Positions 36,301-49,600 of a DNA stretch of 64,000 nucleotides are shown here, piece after piece. Made by a program: the position numbers and the translations under genes. The notes under the pieces are model-generated. The model had not been told where the DNA came from and did not search any database. It saw nothing but the letters and a program-made list of their open reading frames with translations. Source of the DNA: Fimbriosthenelais zetlandica (Eukaryota); NCBI GenBank assembly GCA_977030845.1, contig OZ365116.1, positions 19,716,001 to 19,780,000 of the forward strand. The letters run 5' to 3'. The stretch's first letter is position 1. Every line of letters starts with the position of its first letter.

Positions 36301-39300
36301 TAAAATAACTACAGCTACTTCAGGTTCTTTCTCTCTATCTCTCTCACACATACACATAGAAAAATGCTTGAAATGCAAGGATGGAGGTCCAACTGATATA
36401 GGGCTGGGTGTATTCGAGAAGTATTGGGTTCTTGATTTCAGATTAACTTAGGACTCACTGTCAAACTATTTCCTACAAGAATGGGAGGGCGTATCGAAAA
36501 AGCATGTATAATGGAGTTTGAAATTTAGAGAGAAGGAAGTAGATGTGCGCGCATGCGCGGAGGACCGGAAGTGCGGTTGGGGCCCTGAAGGGGGTTTAGG
36601 CCTACATCTCATCTCTTGTCTCACAAATTCCTGTCGCTTTGCTAGACAGGATATGTCAATATTCATGAACCTAAAAGCATCCATGATATCTGGAAACATT
36701 TCACTGAACTTATTAGCTCCCAAATGAAGAATAGAGTTCATTTGAACTACAGAGAGAAAGATATGTCGGAGCATAGATGAAGGAGCGGATAAATGGAGGG
36801 TAGACAGTGGTATTGAAACCTCTAAGAGATAGTGCCTTAAGGTTACTGTGCCGATAGAATGGCACCAGACCATCTCGCTGTTTACGTTCTAATGCTATTT
36901 ATTACAAGAACGCTGAGAGACAGAGAAAGATCTCTTCTGTGGATCTGCCAACAACACAGTGAGATGTTGGGGGAGAGCAATACATCCAGGTAGCTCACAT
37001 ATCACCTGTTTCTTCAACAGATCTCAGGCCTGTAGGGGCTGACAAAAACATGCCAGTTTCATCAGTAAAATAAATGTAGCCGACCTATCAAGAAACCTCC
37101 GTGTAAAAGAAAGGGGAATTGATGTTTAGTTGCTTAGGATGAACCGATATATTTTTGTAGAACACAGTCAGTGGATATGAATGCTTATGTTTTCATGGGA
37201 TCTCAAATTTGCAACCACACCCAGAAAAAAGTTCAATACAGTGAAAAATACTTCTTGACAGGACATTTTTGAGAGAGGAAAAGTCTTTCAAATGTTAATA
37301 AATGTGTTTTGTAAAACCAATAAACTGTTGGAATTAAAGGGCCTTTTGAAATGTTCTGCTCTGTTAATATTTCACTAAACTGGATTTCACTTTATTAAAT
37401 TTTTAAGCCTTGGCCATGTTGGGGGCGAGATGATTACAAGCTATATAGATCCCCACATGTAATCAAGGTAGACTATTATTTGCACCTACTAATCAATATA
37501 AAGAGGTACGTTCCCGGCTCCTGATGGCTTGATAGACTAATGATATGATACAACATCTAACATCATATTACCCATGTCATACATAATAACCTCTACGTCA
37601 CATTCGCGTAATTCTGGCATTCGTCTCAGTTAATTGAGATGTGAAAATAGATGTTAAAATGCTGGGGGAACATATCAATTGTAGCATTCCGCATAGTCCT
37701 TTCAGCCTGTATCTGATAGAGATGTCACACTGAATTAAAATACTTTACACTGATTTTTCTTAGCACCAACAAGCAAGCACTTATTCAAGATTGGGTTGTC
37801 ATGACAATTCAGGATAAAAAAGTAAAGGTAAGAGCAATGGACTATTTACACGGCATTTTTAGGAGGGCAGACCATTGCAAGTCCATGAACTAACCACAGA
37901 CAACAAGAGAAAGCTTGCCGTCAGCTGCAGCCACCACCCACCACCGCTAGTGGGTCCACCTGAGACCATTTTTTAGTTCTATGCCACTGCACATCCTAGC
38001 CAATTGACACAGGTCTGTCTCCCACCTCCACCCACCCGCTGGGCTTCTATCACATTACCAACAACATCATGTGTATGAAATCAAGCGGAGGTTTTTTACC
38101 TCATTTCTTTCTCACCTGCAGTGCAAGCTCCACCTCCAACTAAGACATGTGTTTATACCCAGGCAATCTACATAAAGCTTTTCCACCTTGCCTTAATCCA
38201 TGACCTTTTGCTTACAAAAGAAAAGCTTTTCCTCATGTTGATTTGATCCTGATTGCCCTCCCATGCATGGTTGCAGGATATATTCTTATCCATATGATTT
38301 AGGTTAAAAGTAATCTTTGGGAGAAATAAGTATATATACAGAGTTAACAATGGCCTTCGATTCACACGCAAGTCATCACATTTTCATTCTGAATATGAAT
38401 GGTATGCATTATAGAGAATACAATCTCTGTACCAGCAATGCTGGCTTTCAATGCATGACAAGGCATATATAAGTGAAAGGTGAATGTTCTGCTTTCACAT
38501 CGCATTTCCCCATGCAATCATGATCACAGAAACTTCTGGTACAAGTCTAGGTGGGGAATGAGGGCGACTGGGTGGTGGGGTAAAAGAGAGATCAAAAGGT
38601 CCATGGCCCTGCAGGCCCTCGCTCCGGGAGGGCTCTACCACCTACAGGAGGTATGTATACAAGTTTGGTGTCTTGTCAGGTGTGAAACGCTAATTGCAGG
38701 TGAATGGGTACAGGCCGGCTAGTGTAGCCTTTGGGGGGTAAGGGGATCGCTATAGGAGCAGGAAGATGGCTGTCAATAACCATACTTTCCCCCGTGATGA
38801 AGCTCTTGGTAATGGTATCATTTTTAGACCGCAGGGGGTGCTGCTTCTGCTGAATCTCTTCATTCTTCTGGGTGGTTTGGTCTCCCACTCTCAAGAAAAA
38901 CTGGTTTCAAGTAGAGTAGTTTAACCCTTTTGATATCAAGATTCAGCTGGGTTTTATCACTGACTTTCCAGCCAAATGAAAAGCAGTGGTTGGTCTACTC
39001 AAATATCAAGGACAAGTCTGAATTTTGACTATATCTAAAATCATTCCCCATCCTCCATTACTGCCTAGACGAAGCTGATCTCTTCTCGGAATGGTAAAAG
39101 AGTTTGTCTGGAGAGGAAAGATATTAGACTCACGAAATAAAAATAAATGTGAATAATAAATGAATACTCCGACAGTGAGAATAGATATGCTTTCAGAGAC
39201 AGCCTTGATTGAATTATTGGACACAATAATTTATCAGCTAGGTAGTATGCATTCATTCCCTCATGGTTCCACCTTGGTCCGCTCTCGTTAGTGAAAGGAA

Positions 39301-40167
39301 TCTGTGGGAGGGCAGGTATAGAGAGGTGAGCTATAGTCGTCATACAATAGTCACCTCTGGGGCTTAGTGTTGAGAGGTGGACTATTATATCCACCTAAAT
39401 CACACACCATCTCTCCATTCTCTACCCCCTATCATGCTCATTCAGACCAGTAGTCCTCCAGCTCCTCCCTCTCTTCTTCCAAATATACCTCTGCTTTCAC
39501 AATGTCAAAGAACTGTCCTATGTTTAGTTCAGGACTGTTCCACACATATCCGATTCATAAAAGTCGAACAAAACCTTCAAATCAAATGCTGACACTTTGA
39601 ATATTTCACTCATCCACAAATGGACATAGTGACAAACATTCGCATATATTAAGTTCAAGCAAAGAGTCTCCTTTTCACCGATATCGACAATACTGATATC
39701 ACCACCGAATAACAGTAACGAAAGTTATTTCAAAGAGCAAAACCTTTATCCTATTGTTCCTTTTGGCACCTGGTTGCCCCTTTGGCTGTCAGCTGTTCCA
39801 ATGGCAACCACATATTCCTTGGCATGGCAGTGGTATATTAAGGAGTTCCAAGCGCTGATCATTATAAGTAACTCATTCTGAACAGTTAATATCAGAAGAC
39901 TTTGAATGAGAGCAGATCTTTTCATGGAGGGATGCACACAACAGTAAGCGAGGGTAATGGAACCATCCGGTAACAAAAGAACCAATGGATGATGACTGGG
40001 TTGGCTGCTGAGATGAGTCAGAGGGAGGATGATCCAATTTTGTTATGTGTAATGCAACAGCCAGCACCGTGCCCTCTTAAACCCAACTGACACCAAGGAA
40101 CCAGATCCCCAATAACGCAATCTCCCAGCTTAAAACCCGCCAACCAGTGACTCATGACAATGACACT

Positions 40168-40240
40168 GGCTGTATTGGGGTTGGACCAGGCTGAGGCAGT
40201 AGACATGAATGCGAGAGGTCCAAGGTTCAATTCCCAGGCA
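40168..40240 (+). mobile_element. tRNA-derived SINE head relic (not a functional tRNA)
   Basis: B-box GGTTCAATTCC at 40224-40234 preceded by aggcagtagacatgaatgcgagaggtccaa, a tRNA-like D/anticodon remnant; no complete cloverleaf evident. Confidence 0.45.
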
Positions 40241-43200
40241 AGAAATTTCTAAGATACAATTGCTGCCTACAGGTAAATGAGCAAATCACAGAACCGTCAA
40301 CGTATTTCCACACTGAAGCGATATAAACTCCGGATGTTGCAGCAACAATTAGTAATCAACTCTTTCACATTATTCTATCTGGACCAACAAAATGAACAAG
40401 CTATTTCCAGAGCGTTTACTTCATTGATCCAAGCTTATCCTCTTCTTTAGGTCCATTGTTGAAATGGGTTATTGATTTACAAGGAACCTGTTTGATCCAA
40501 TATCATTAGGTGGTATGTACCGGTCCAGCAGGTCATCACAAGTCATTGCATGCCTCAATAGGTTAAAGCCAATTGATAAATCCTTCCTCTATGCTTCTCC
40601 AGGGATGAAATTTAAACCTACCACCAACTCCACCAACTCTGCCACTCTCCGTTGAAAGGCATGAGTAGCGTATTGGTGCGTTTTCACGACTGACATGTTG
40701 AATAACAATCCAATATTTAACATTTAACAAATAAACCAATGGTATATGATATTCAATATGGTATTCTACATACTAAAATGACATGTAACATATTATTCAA
40801 TGACCAAGTTATGAATTCTGATGTAAGCCTAGTGTTCTAACGTGAAACCCGATGCTAAATGAGCAGTTGAGTTGCTCAAATGCCCACACCTTCCCAGCAG
40901 ATAGTACACGCCTTCATTGCTATTTGCTTTCACATTAAAATCATGTTATTAGATTTATGGATTATCTTACCTTGGACTTCCACTGTCTAAGACCCGTACT
41001 CCTCTCTTGTCTGTGGACTACTCTGTTCTGCTGAGAGCCACTCTCATGACAAGCTTTATATACGCCGGAACACTTCCGACAGGAAATCTAAATCAATTAC
41101 TTCTAAAGGTCTGGCCAGAACAGACATGGAACAATTCCTTATGAGGGACTGACATTTCCTGTCTTCCGACATCACTTAAGATCCGGCCGTGGAAAAAGGC
41201 CTTGATTGCCTCAATATTAAGTATGCCACTTCCGGCCTGTCTGTCTGGACGGAATGTGACGTAAAGCAGCAAGCCTTCATAATTGGGATTCAAAAAAGGT
41301 CAGTGTTGCCATAGTTACCGTATTAGTGGAGCAACAAAGTGGCCTGAGCTGGAGCTTTGATGGCCATGTTTTGTGTAATTGTCTCCTCTGTGGCTACTCT
41401 TCTTCATTTAGGCACGCAGAGGACAAGATAGCGATGTGACGTCACAGATGGCCAACAAGTTTGAGCCATGAGGGAGCAGTCTGGCATGATGAAGATTTGG
41501 CTACTAAAGAGGCTATCTTCTTGTCATGAATTCACTAGTTTTTATAAACCAGCACCCCAAATAGAAGCCTTAGATTAGACTTGACAGAGGGTACTGCAGG
41601 CACCTATTCTTGCTTATTGCAGTCTTCGAAAAATCATTGTCTGTTGGCCCTATTATTATACATGCAAGTTATACCAATGTCCACAAGTCCTTGACAATAT
41701 TTGAAAGCCAATGTGTGTAGGTCTACAAGGATACAATTGTCCATGACTGTAACAAATAACAGTACAAAGTAAAGGACTGCAGACACAGTAAATTCTAGCG
41801 ATAGCAATGAGCAACTCTACTCTGCTGGAATCTAAAGACTGGTGAGGATATTTGCTTCTCCAAAAAGACCTTTTATCAGTCCTAATGACGAGGAATGTGA
41901 CGACGCTGCAGATAAATTGTGCCACTTAACAAATTAGCTCCAAGATGCCTGCCATTGCAAAAGCCAGAGAAGTAGGCAGGATGATAGAGAGGCAGATATC
42001 TTGATGCTGAATCTATGACGAGGTATTTACACGTGTTATAGGGCACAGACGGTGACGCTCATCTTCAACATCTTACAGGACATTTTGTGACAGCATTTTT
42101 TGCCTTGACATTTGTGAATATTACATTGGTTCGCATACGGTCCTGTTTGTCTTTTGATGATTGCTTACAAAGGCTCAGACTTTCTCAGACCAAGGGATGC
42201 CCTGTCCATTTGATCCTAGATCACACCCAAAGCAAACTGGGAAAGGCATTCCTGCATCTCATTTGAAAGACGCGTGAAAAATATTTGCCAAGGAGCCGGG
42301 AGGGAATGTGACTGGGACTATTTATTTATAATGATAATTTTTGTGGCTGGCTTCTATAAGGTGCCGGCCGCCTGGTTTGAGTGCATGTAAACGTCTCAAC
42401 TCACTAGTGTTGACTCCGGCATAGCTTCATGCTATAGATCATAATGGTTCCACGTCAAGTGCAGAAATCATCAAAAATCACTCCCCAGACAAAAGCACAG
42501 CATCCTAACTATTTTGAAAAATGATCACAACCAAAACTTTTTCAGCATATTTACCAACTAAAAATATTCTTTGAACTGCCAATATAATTCACCGTAAAAT
42601 GGAGTATGGGAATTTTTTTTCAGATTCCCGAACTTGTACATCACAATTGCTCATGCGAAAGGAATTCAATAAATGAATTCCCATGAGTGAATATGTCAAA
42701 ATACATATAAATCACCCAAGGTACGAGTCAAAACATATAGGATAAAGTGTTAAGTCCATACAGAACGATTACCATCAGGAAACAGTGATTAATCATATGT
42801 GATATACCCCGCCAAGTCCCACCAATGCGTGACACAATTTTTCTATGGACATGTATGTACTCTATAGATGATGGATAAAGCCTAATATATATGAACTATA
42901 AATTTAACAAAGTTCATGGATCCCATCTCTCTCCCACCCTCTCTACGTCCCTCCCCCTTTCTCTCATAGAGCCTAGAAGCCCTCTTTTCCAACCATGTCC
43001 ATTTGCTTAATGCACTCATATTAATGTTTCGGTTAGTCCATCATGACAATCCATAATCAATTTGAGCTCTTGTTCCAGATGTATTCAGGGTCAGACAAGG
43101 GCCCTTCAGATGAGAACAAAGCATGTATGGATGATTTATACCACAAATACTCACCACACGTCCAGGCTAGGATAAACTACACCTCTTGTACATACACGTG

Positions 43201-46179
43201 GATCCTAATCCTTGTTTGGTCTTTATACTCCATTATATGGACCCACTATACGGGGGGATTAGGGCACCGAAACGTCCACCAACACTCGACGTTTAGTAGG
43301 AAAGCATTGGCTTTTTGGATGGAAATCCAGTTATTTAGCCCTATTATGTCAAACGTTTAAATCATCCATCACAAAGGATCCGTTCAACACCTAATACTTT
43401 AACCAGGTAGATTCAAAGCATGTTTGTCCGGGGGTATATTCTAGATGATTTTCAATCGTAATGGATCTCCACAGAATATCCTACTTGCCACTGTTGGTAG
43501 AGGTATACATCCACGCTCCAATGCAGTGACTATGTCTATACCTCATAGAGGTATATAATATATAGGTGCTCACACCATGAAACCTCCAGGGTGAACTTGA
43601 GACCAACACATCTGTGCAGGATGAAGTGTGAGTGGTGGGGATAGACTGAACTTACATATTATAAAGCCTCACTCTGTGACTGTGTATATCAATGTGTATG
43701 TATGGGTGAGTTATTGAGTGAAAAGAAGGAGCAGGAGGGGGTGGGATAGTTTCTAGCCAGAACAGACTTGGCTAGATCTCTAGAAAGACCCCTTTCTTCT
43801 CTTTCTTGCTCTCCCATTCCCTCTTTACATTTTACTCTCCTTGTTGTGACGCCTAAGAGCTTTAGATCAGGCAGGTGGGAAAGAGACCACCCTCACCTTC
43901 TGGTGAGTTGTACCACAGTACAAAACATGCTCCTTAACATCAGTCTGGTCACATCAAGTGAAAGGCACTGTATGGTTCTCAGGGGACAATCACAAGATGG
44001 TCACTTCAACAAATACTATTATAGCCATAGAGATAACACTTATTTCTGGTATTAAGGCCCTAGGTATCATCATATATACGCCTCTAGTTCCAACTGGCTG
44101 ACTTTCCTGGTCAATGTGACGGCAAGTGTTGATGGGGAAACGGTTGGAGGTGTATAGGAATGAGTGAGGAGTGTGGAACGAGGAGAGTGGAAAGGGACAT
44201 TGGGGTATAGACCTGTAAAGTGAGGAGTGAGGGTTGGGGTATTCTGACTGACAGCCTATAGATTCACTGTGGGAAATATACAGTAGCCTTTAAGGCGTTA
44301 AATCAGGTGTCAATGCAGTAAATAACCTCCTAGCTGAGTGGAAACCAATTGCATCAAAGGTTAAAGTGATAGTGCAGAGGCCAGAAGCACTGGTAAACGA
44401 GAACCTTCTATCAACTATCCACCAAACATCCTCCAAGTTATATTCCCAGTAAATATCTATGCATCAGCCCAACAGTCGATAGTGGATAACTTCAACAATT
44501 CGAATTCTTCAATATTGAACCAATATCAAGTCTAGTTTAGTACAATACTGAATGTATTTCAACCAGGAATATGGGCCTTGCATGTGAATTTGAACTGAAA
44601 ATATAAAGGCAATAAAACTAAAGCCATTCACAAGATCCCATAAAGCAGGAACAGAGCCCATGCTTATAGCGATTACAGTTCCTGGGTTATAACTTCTGAT
44701 CCAATAGACATTACATGTGAATAATAATAGAAACATGCGCAGACTAAAGCGAGTTTATCCCAGCAATGGCAGGAGGGGCTGTAAGCACTAACTGTACCTG
44801 ATATTTATAGGCCAAGCAACAAAGCTTAGACACCTACAATAGGAGAAAAGAGAGGTAGGATGAATGGTGTAGGAGACTGAAACATGCAAGGAGACAGGAG
44901 TAGGGAGGAGACAGTCGGAGAAATGTATGTACATAAACTCGATTCCTACTCTCTCTATCTACATCAGAGGGATGTTTTACTATCTCTCCCTCTAGCCATG
45001 GTAATATTCCCTGGGCTTTTTATGTCTGCTGTAGGGGATCAGACATTCACATGTCTATTACTGTACCATTTACTTACTGCTGGGTCAGCAAGAATGGATT
45101 CTCTCTATCATAATAAGCGCTTTGATTGCATTTCTGGCCACTAATGAGTATATTAAGCTATATTATGTATAGAGAAGCTTAAAGCCTAAGTTCATTTGCC
45201 TTCATGGTTCTCGCCCTTCCCTCTTTCCACCCGGGCAGAATGTCAAGGAGTGAAACCATAATCCATAACTTCCACCAGGAAGGGTCAAGCACAGTTTAAG
45301 AAGCTCACTATTTTGGATCACTTCCATATTTGCTGCCATCTCATTAATGGTTTTCATACAAACAATTCTTTCCGGAGAGTGACATTTTCTTTGGCACACA
45401 GAAGGAACAAATATTTTGGACTAAGGTATTTCAACGGCGCCACTAACAATTTTCATTTCCTTCTCCGTGTCTTTCTGTAAAGTCCATAAAAGGAGAAGGC
45501 AAGAAATAAATGACAATAACAGGTGCTGACTGAAGTGGTTCAACTTCAGTCTTGAGATGGAGAGAAGAGAGGTTTCCACTCCCATTAACAACAACAACAC
45601 ACCTGACCTGAGAGGGGGACCAGTATCCAGGGTCCTGAGAACGTATTAAACCCATTGCTCACCACCTCCCATCACCAACAACAGGGTTTGTAGCCGATCT
45701 GGGTTCTGGGGTAGAATAATGGGAGTCAGGTGTTGCAGGGTAATTTGTTCAGTGTGGGTGAAGAAGGGTTACAAGGAAAGGGGTTGAAAAGAGTTGAGTG
45801 AGGGGTGGAGGGAGGACCACCCTTCATACCTACCCCGGGGGTTCATGACACTTACAATGATCTCCTCCATATTGTGACTAACTCTCCTCCTCCCCTTACA
45901 ATCTTACATTCTCACACCTTTCAGTCTTCTCCAAAACATTGAGATAGATAATGTTACAAATGGTTAGTTCTTAGAGTAAAATACTCTAAGGTTAGTTGAA
46001 TTTGTCATTTATTATATATGACAAATTCTTGCAGCCATCTATCGAATTACAACCGAAGGATCTCCATTTCCAACTGGATAAAATTTGGATTAAAAAGCTA
46101 TGGTAGAAGTCTAAAAGTAACTGTTGAATACCTTGGGAAAAGTTACAATAATTGTCAGACAATCTTCTAAGGAGAATGA

Positions 46180-46640
46180 AGCAAGACAGAAATACCAGAG
46201 CAACTGTATGTCGTCACAGCATCCACGTGGGTTAGCCATCCAAAAGCTTGACAGTTCAAGTGAATAGTGGGTATGGGCTCCAGCATAGAACCCTGAGGTA
46301 CCCCACTGAGCTTACAAATAATGGTTAAAGTGGCAGAAACTCGGATACATTCAAACATTGACAGGCTCAATGTAACAAGTTTGGCAATACCCTTTACATC
46401 AAACTATCAAAGTCCAGACAGCAATGAACATGTTTTCAATATGTTAGAAAAAAATTCATTTCCTCAATGAATAAGATCTCCAATGCATGAAAAATGTATT
46501 ATGTTCAGTCATGACAAGAAAAGACTCATATTGAATTTCTTCCAAAGAAAGGTAGGATTAGTTGGATGTTTTCGGTTTCCATTGAAGGATGGGATTGTCA
46601 TGACGAAATCTTGCACAGGGGGAAGGATTTGTGCAGAGGA
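46180..46640 (-). mobile_element. Decayed non-LTR retrotransposon (L2/CR1-like) reverse-transcriptase fragment
   Basis: GVPQGSMLEP (46287-46304 region) matches the RT GVPQGS.LGP motif; a broken YADD..QL-like segment (gatgctgtgacgacatacagttg) follows about 75 nt downstream; PTNPTFLWK (about 46539-46565) resembles PISNLPFLSK upstream. Frameshifted. Confidence 0.6.
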
Positions 46641-49600
46641 TTTACTATTCTCACCCAGCTGATTACAAAGCGGATTTTTTAAACAAAATTTGAGGGTCTT
46701 AAGCAAAGGTGGAAGTCAGAAATTGAGATAGATGGGGAAATTATAGCCTTGTCAATGTCAGTGTGCTGCTGACACTGTGACAGTAGAGAGATCGTATCCA
46801 AGAGTTAAAGGGACTAATAGGCAATTTGCAAGCACTATACAGTGTAGCTCCAAATGTGATTAAATTTAAGTCAGGAATCCTTTTCAGCTTTTAAAGCCTG
46901 GGGTAGAGCAGCAGACCTGAGTCTAATTGCCACCGTGTATTGTACACCTCCCAGGTGCTACAGGTGTGTGAACTTAATTGCCCTCCCTGTCCCGGCCACA
47001 CAAGGTAAGAGGAAGCTGAAATACTGGATCTTCATCTACTCTCACGACAACTTTCCACTAATTATATCATCCTAGTGAATTTTAATTGAGCTCAAAATAA
47101 ATCACCAAGTAATGACCATTAACACCAGTTCATAATTAGCAATATTTATGTCTATCTCCAGGATCTGGTCTGTACTTCAACATTAGTTTATGAAGCTGGT
47201 TTGCATTAGGCATCCATTCATCAGAGCTGTCCGTCTGTTATCACTGTAGTAATTATCAATCATACACCAGCTTCTACACTAATAGTCCATGATGAGATGT
47301 ATTGAGAGTTTGAGATGGAGAGAGTATAAAGAAGCTCTCCCAAAAGATACCGGCTATACATGGACACAATGACTGTCTGATGCTAATCTACACTCCTCCT
47401 TCACCCACTAGACTTGCCTTCCTCACCATCTTTGAAGTTTTTCTTTGTCAATCACCATTTTTTGGGTTATTTGCAAGTCACAAAGCACTATGAGGTTTTA
47501 GCTGAGTTGCTATTTTGGGGACACTCATAGTGTAACCTCATCTCTATGCATTTAATCTTGTTACCTCCCAAAGAAATGTGTTTGATTAATTACAGCATAA
47601 TTTGATAATGAATTTCCCCATCATTAGGGCGTTCCCACTTAAGCCTTAAATTAAGGCTTCCAACAGTAAGCAGCCATATTATTCAGGTCCCAAAACGAAA
47701 ACCGCCCAGTCTGACCAACCGGAAATGTGTTCGCCATCATAAATCACTTCCGGTTCAAGGGTCATAAGATGATGGCGCCCCCATGGGGCCTGATCTCGAA
47801 GATAGAGATTCCTTCCCTAGATTGCCCATATATTTCAAGGCAAGCAGTTCAAATATTTAACCATCCAGATAAAGGAATGTAGGGAAGAGTCGGCCATCTT
47901 GAAGGTCAGATTTTCTTAAGTTGTACCAGTTTAGGTTACAGTCTAGGTTGCATTGTTTTAATGCCATATCAGGGGGAAGTATAGGGAAATGGGGATGATA
48001 GTCAGGGTTGAAAACAATTAGGTATGATCAGAGCAGCAGGGCTTCCTATCATAATCGACACTACCGCCTGAGGCTATGTCACACTCTTCCCTACCAGCAT
48101 TGCCAGTGATGGGGGCATGACCCATATTAGAAGGCAATAATAGGGAAATCAATGCCAATCAATCCTCCAATTGCTTTTCCTATATATGCTGGGAAATTTA
48201 CCAGAGTTTTCCCTCCACTGATTTTCCTATACATGCTACGTTTGGCTTTCGATCGAATCAGACAGAAATGACAAGTATCTTGGCCGATAAATCAGACGTT
48301 AAAATGGTCTTTTCCGATAATGCATTGAAAGAGGAACAATGTCTAAACTGGGACAATGCCTAAGGTTAATGCAGGGATATAGAGGTAACCAATTATGCGA
48401 CTGGAAATGGGGAAAGAACCAACCCGCCAAGCATAACAGGCAGTGTCAGTGGCATGAACTCACTGCATTTGTTTCAGGCGAGAAAAAGTACACTGTAAAA
48501 GTAGCCCAATAGCTTAAGGTAACAATATTTGCATGCTGGACCTACCCTTCAGTTGCTATATCTAACCTTAATTCCCATTATATTTTGTGTATTATTATGA
48601 TTGACTATTAATGTATTATGACATTATACAACAATTACATACCAAAAGTGGCATCTTCAGACTTCCCTCAATATGTTGGTAAGTCCTCAAAGTCAGGATG
48701 GATGGAAGTGGCATGAGGGTGGTCCATTAAATAATCCCTCTCTCTACAGAGAACACGCTTCAACCATTGCATGGAGACATTCAGGAAGATAAGCTGGCTT
48801 TGGGTCCCATTGACATTTCTCATATTACAAATGGAACTCCGGATGCAAATGGAAAGCCCTGATGCTTTCAGAACCTACTTAAACTGAGATCTCTTTTCTA
48901 GTAAATGAAAGTGTTGTGAATAGTCTCTATGGCATTGCAGATATACTTTTTGTTGGATGGCAGCAACAGTAAGACTCCATTAGAAAAGAATGCCAATTAT
49001 CACCACTTGGGACGAAGCCACTCCAAAGGAGGCCAATTGCTACGGATGCCCAAGTCTATCAGCAATGGCTCTCTCTAATTTTGGATGGATATATAAAGGC
49101 GAGTTGAGATGACTAGAAGATGTGGAGGAGAGGTGGTAGGAAGGGGGTAGAATCTCTTGTTGTCGAGTGGGTCTCTGGTTCTGGTATGAAGCAATGGAAG
49201 CAGTGGGGGAGGGGCTAACTCCGGGGGAGTGCGTGAGAGAAAGTGCTCTCCCACACAGAGCCCTGCCAGAAATCAATCCACCAGCGTGCATCCAGCTGGC
49301 TCAGGGATGGGGTAGAAGCCCAATACAGCAACCAATACAATGAACAGTACATATAGAAATACACTGAATTGAGGATCACTTTATTCTATTTTCGCAAGTA
49401 CTGCCCCATCTTCTAAATCAATGTGTGATAGATATCCAAGATTATCTTCAAATCCTAATGGGTCTCGAAGGACGAATCAGTCCCTCTTCAAATGTATGGG
49501 AGCTTATATTGATTGGGCCTGAAACTCTACAAAGAAATATGATGCACACCAATCCTGCATACAGAAAGTGAGCGGGGAATCTCCGGTCTGCAAACCCCTG

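Noticed and set aside
39170-39700. Possible APE-endonuclease remnants (DMLSETAL, ILYP, LVQDCSTHI) on the + strand
   Set aside because: Each motif is only a partial match in different frames; needs a profile search (Dfam/tFASTy).
49200-49320. SINE-core-like gggagagcactttctctcac on the minus strand; ggctcagggatg shared with about 13495 and 20320
   Set aside because: Matches are too short to define an element by eye.
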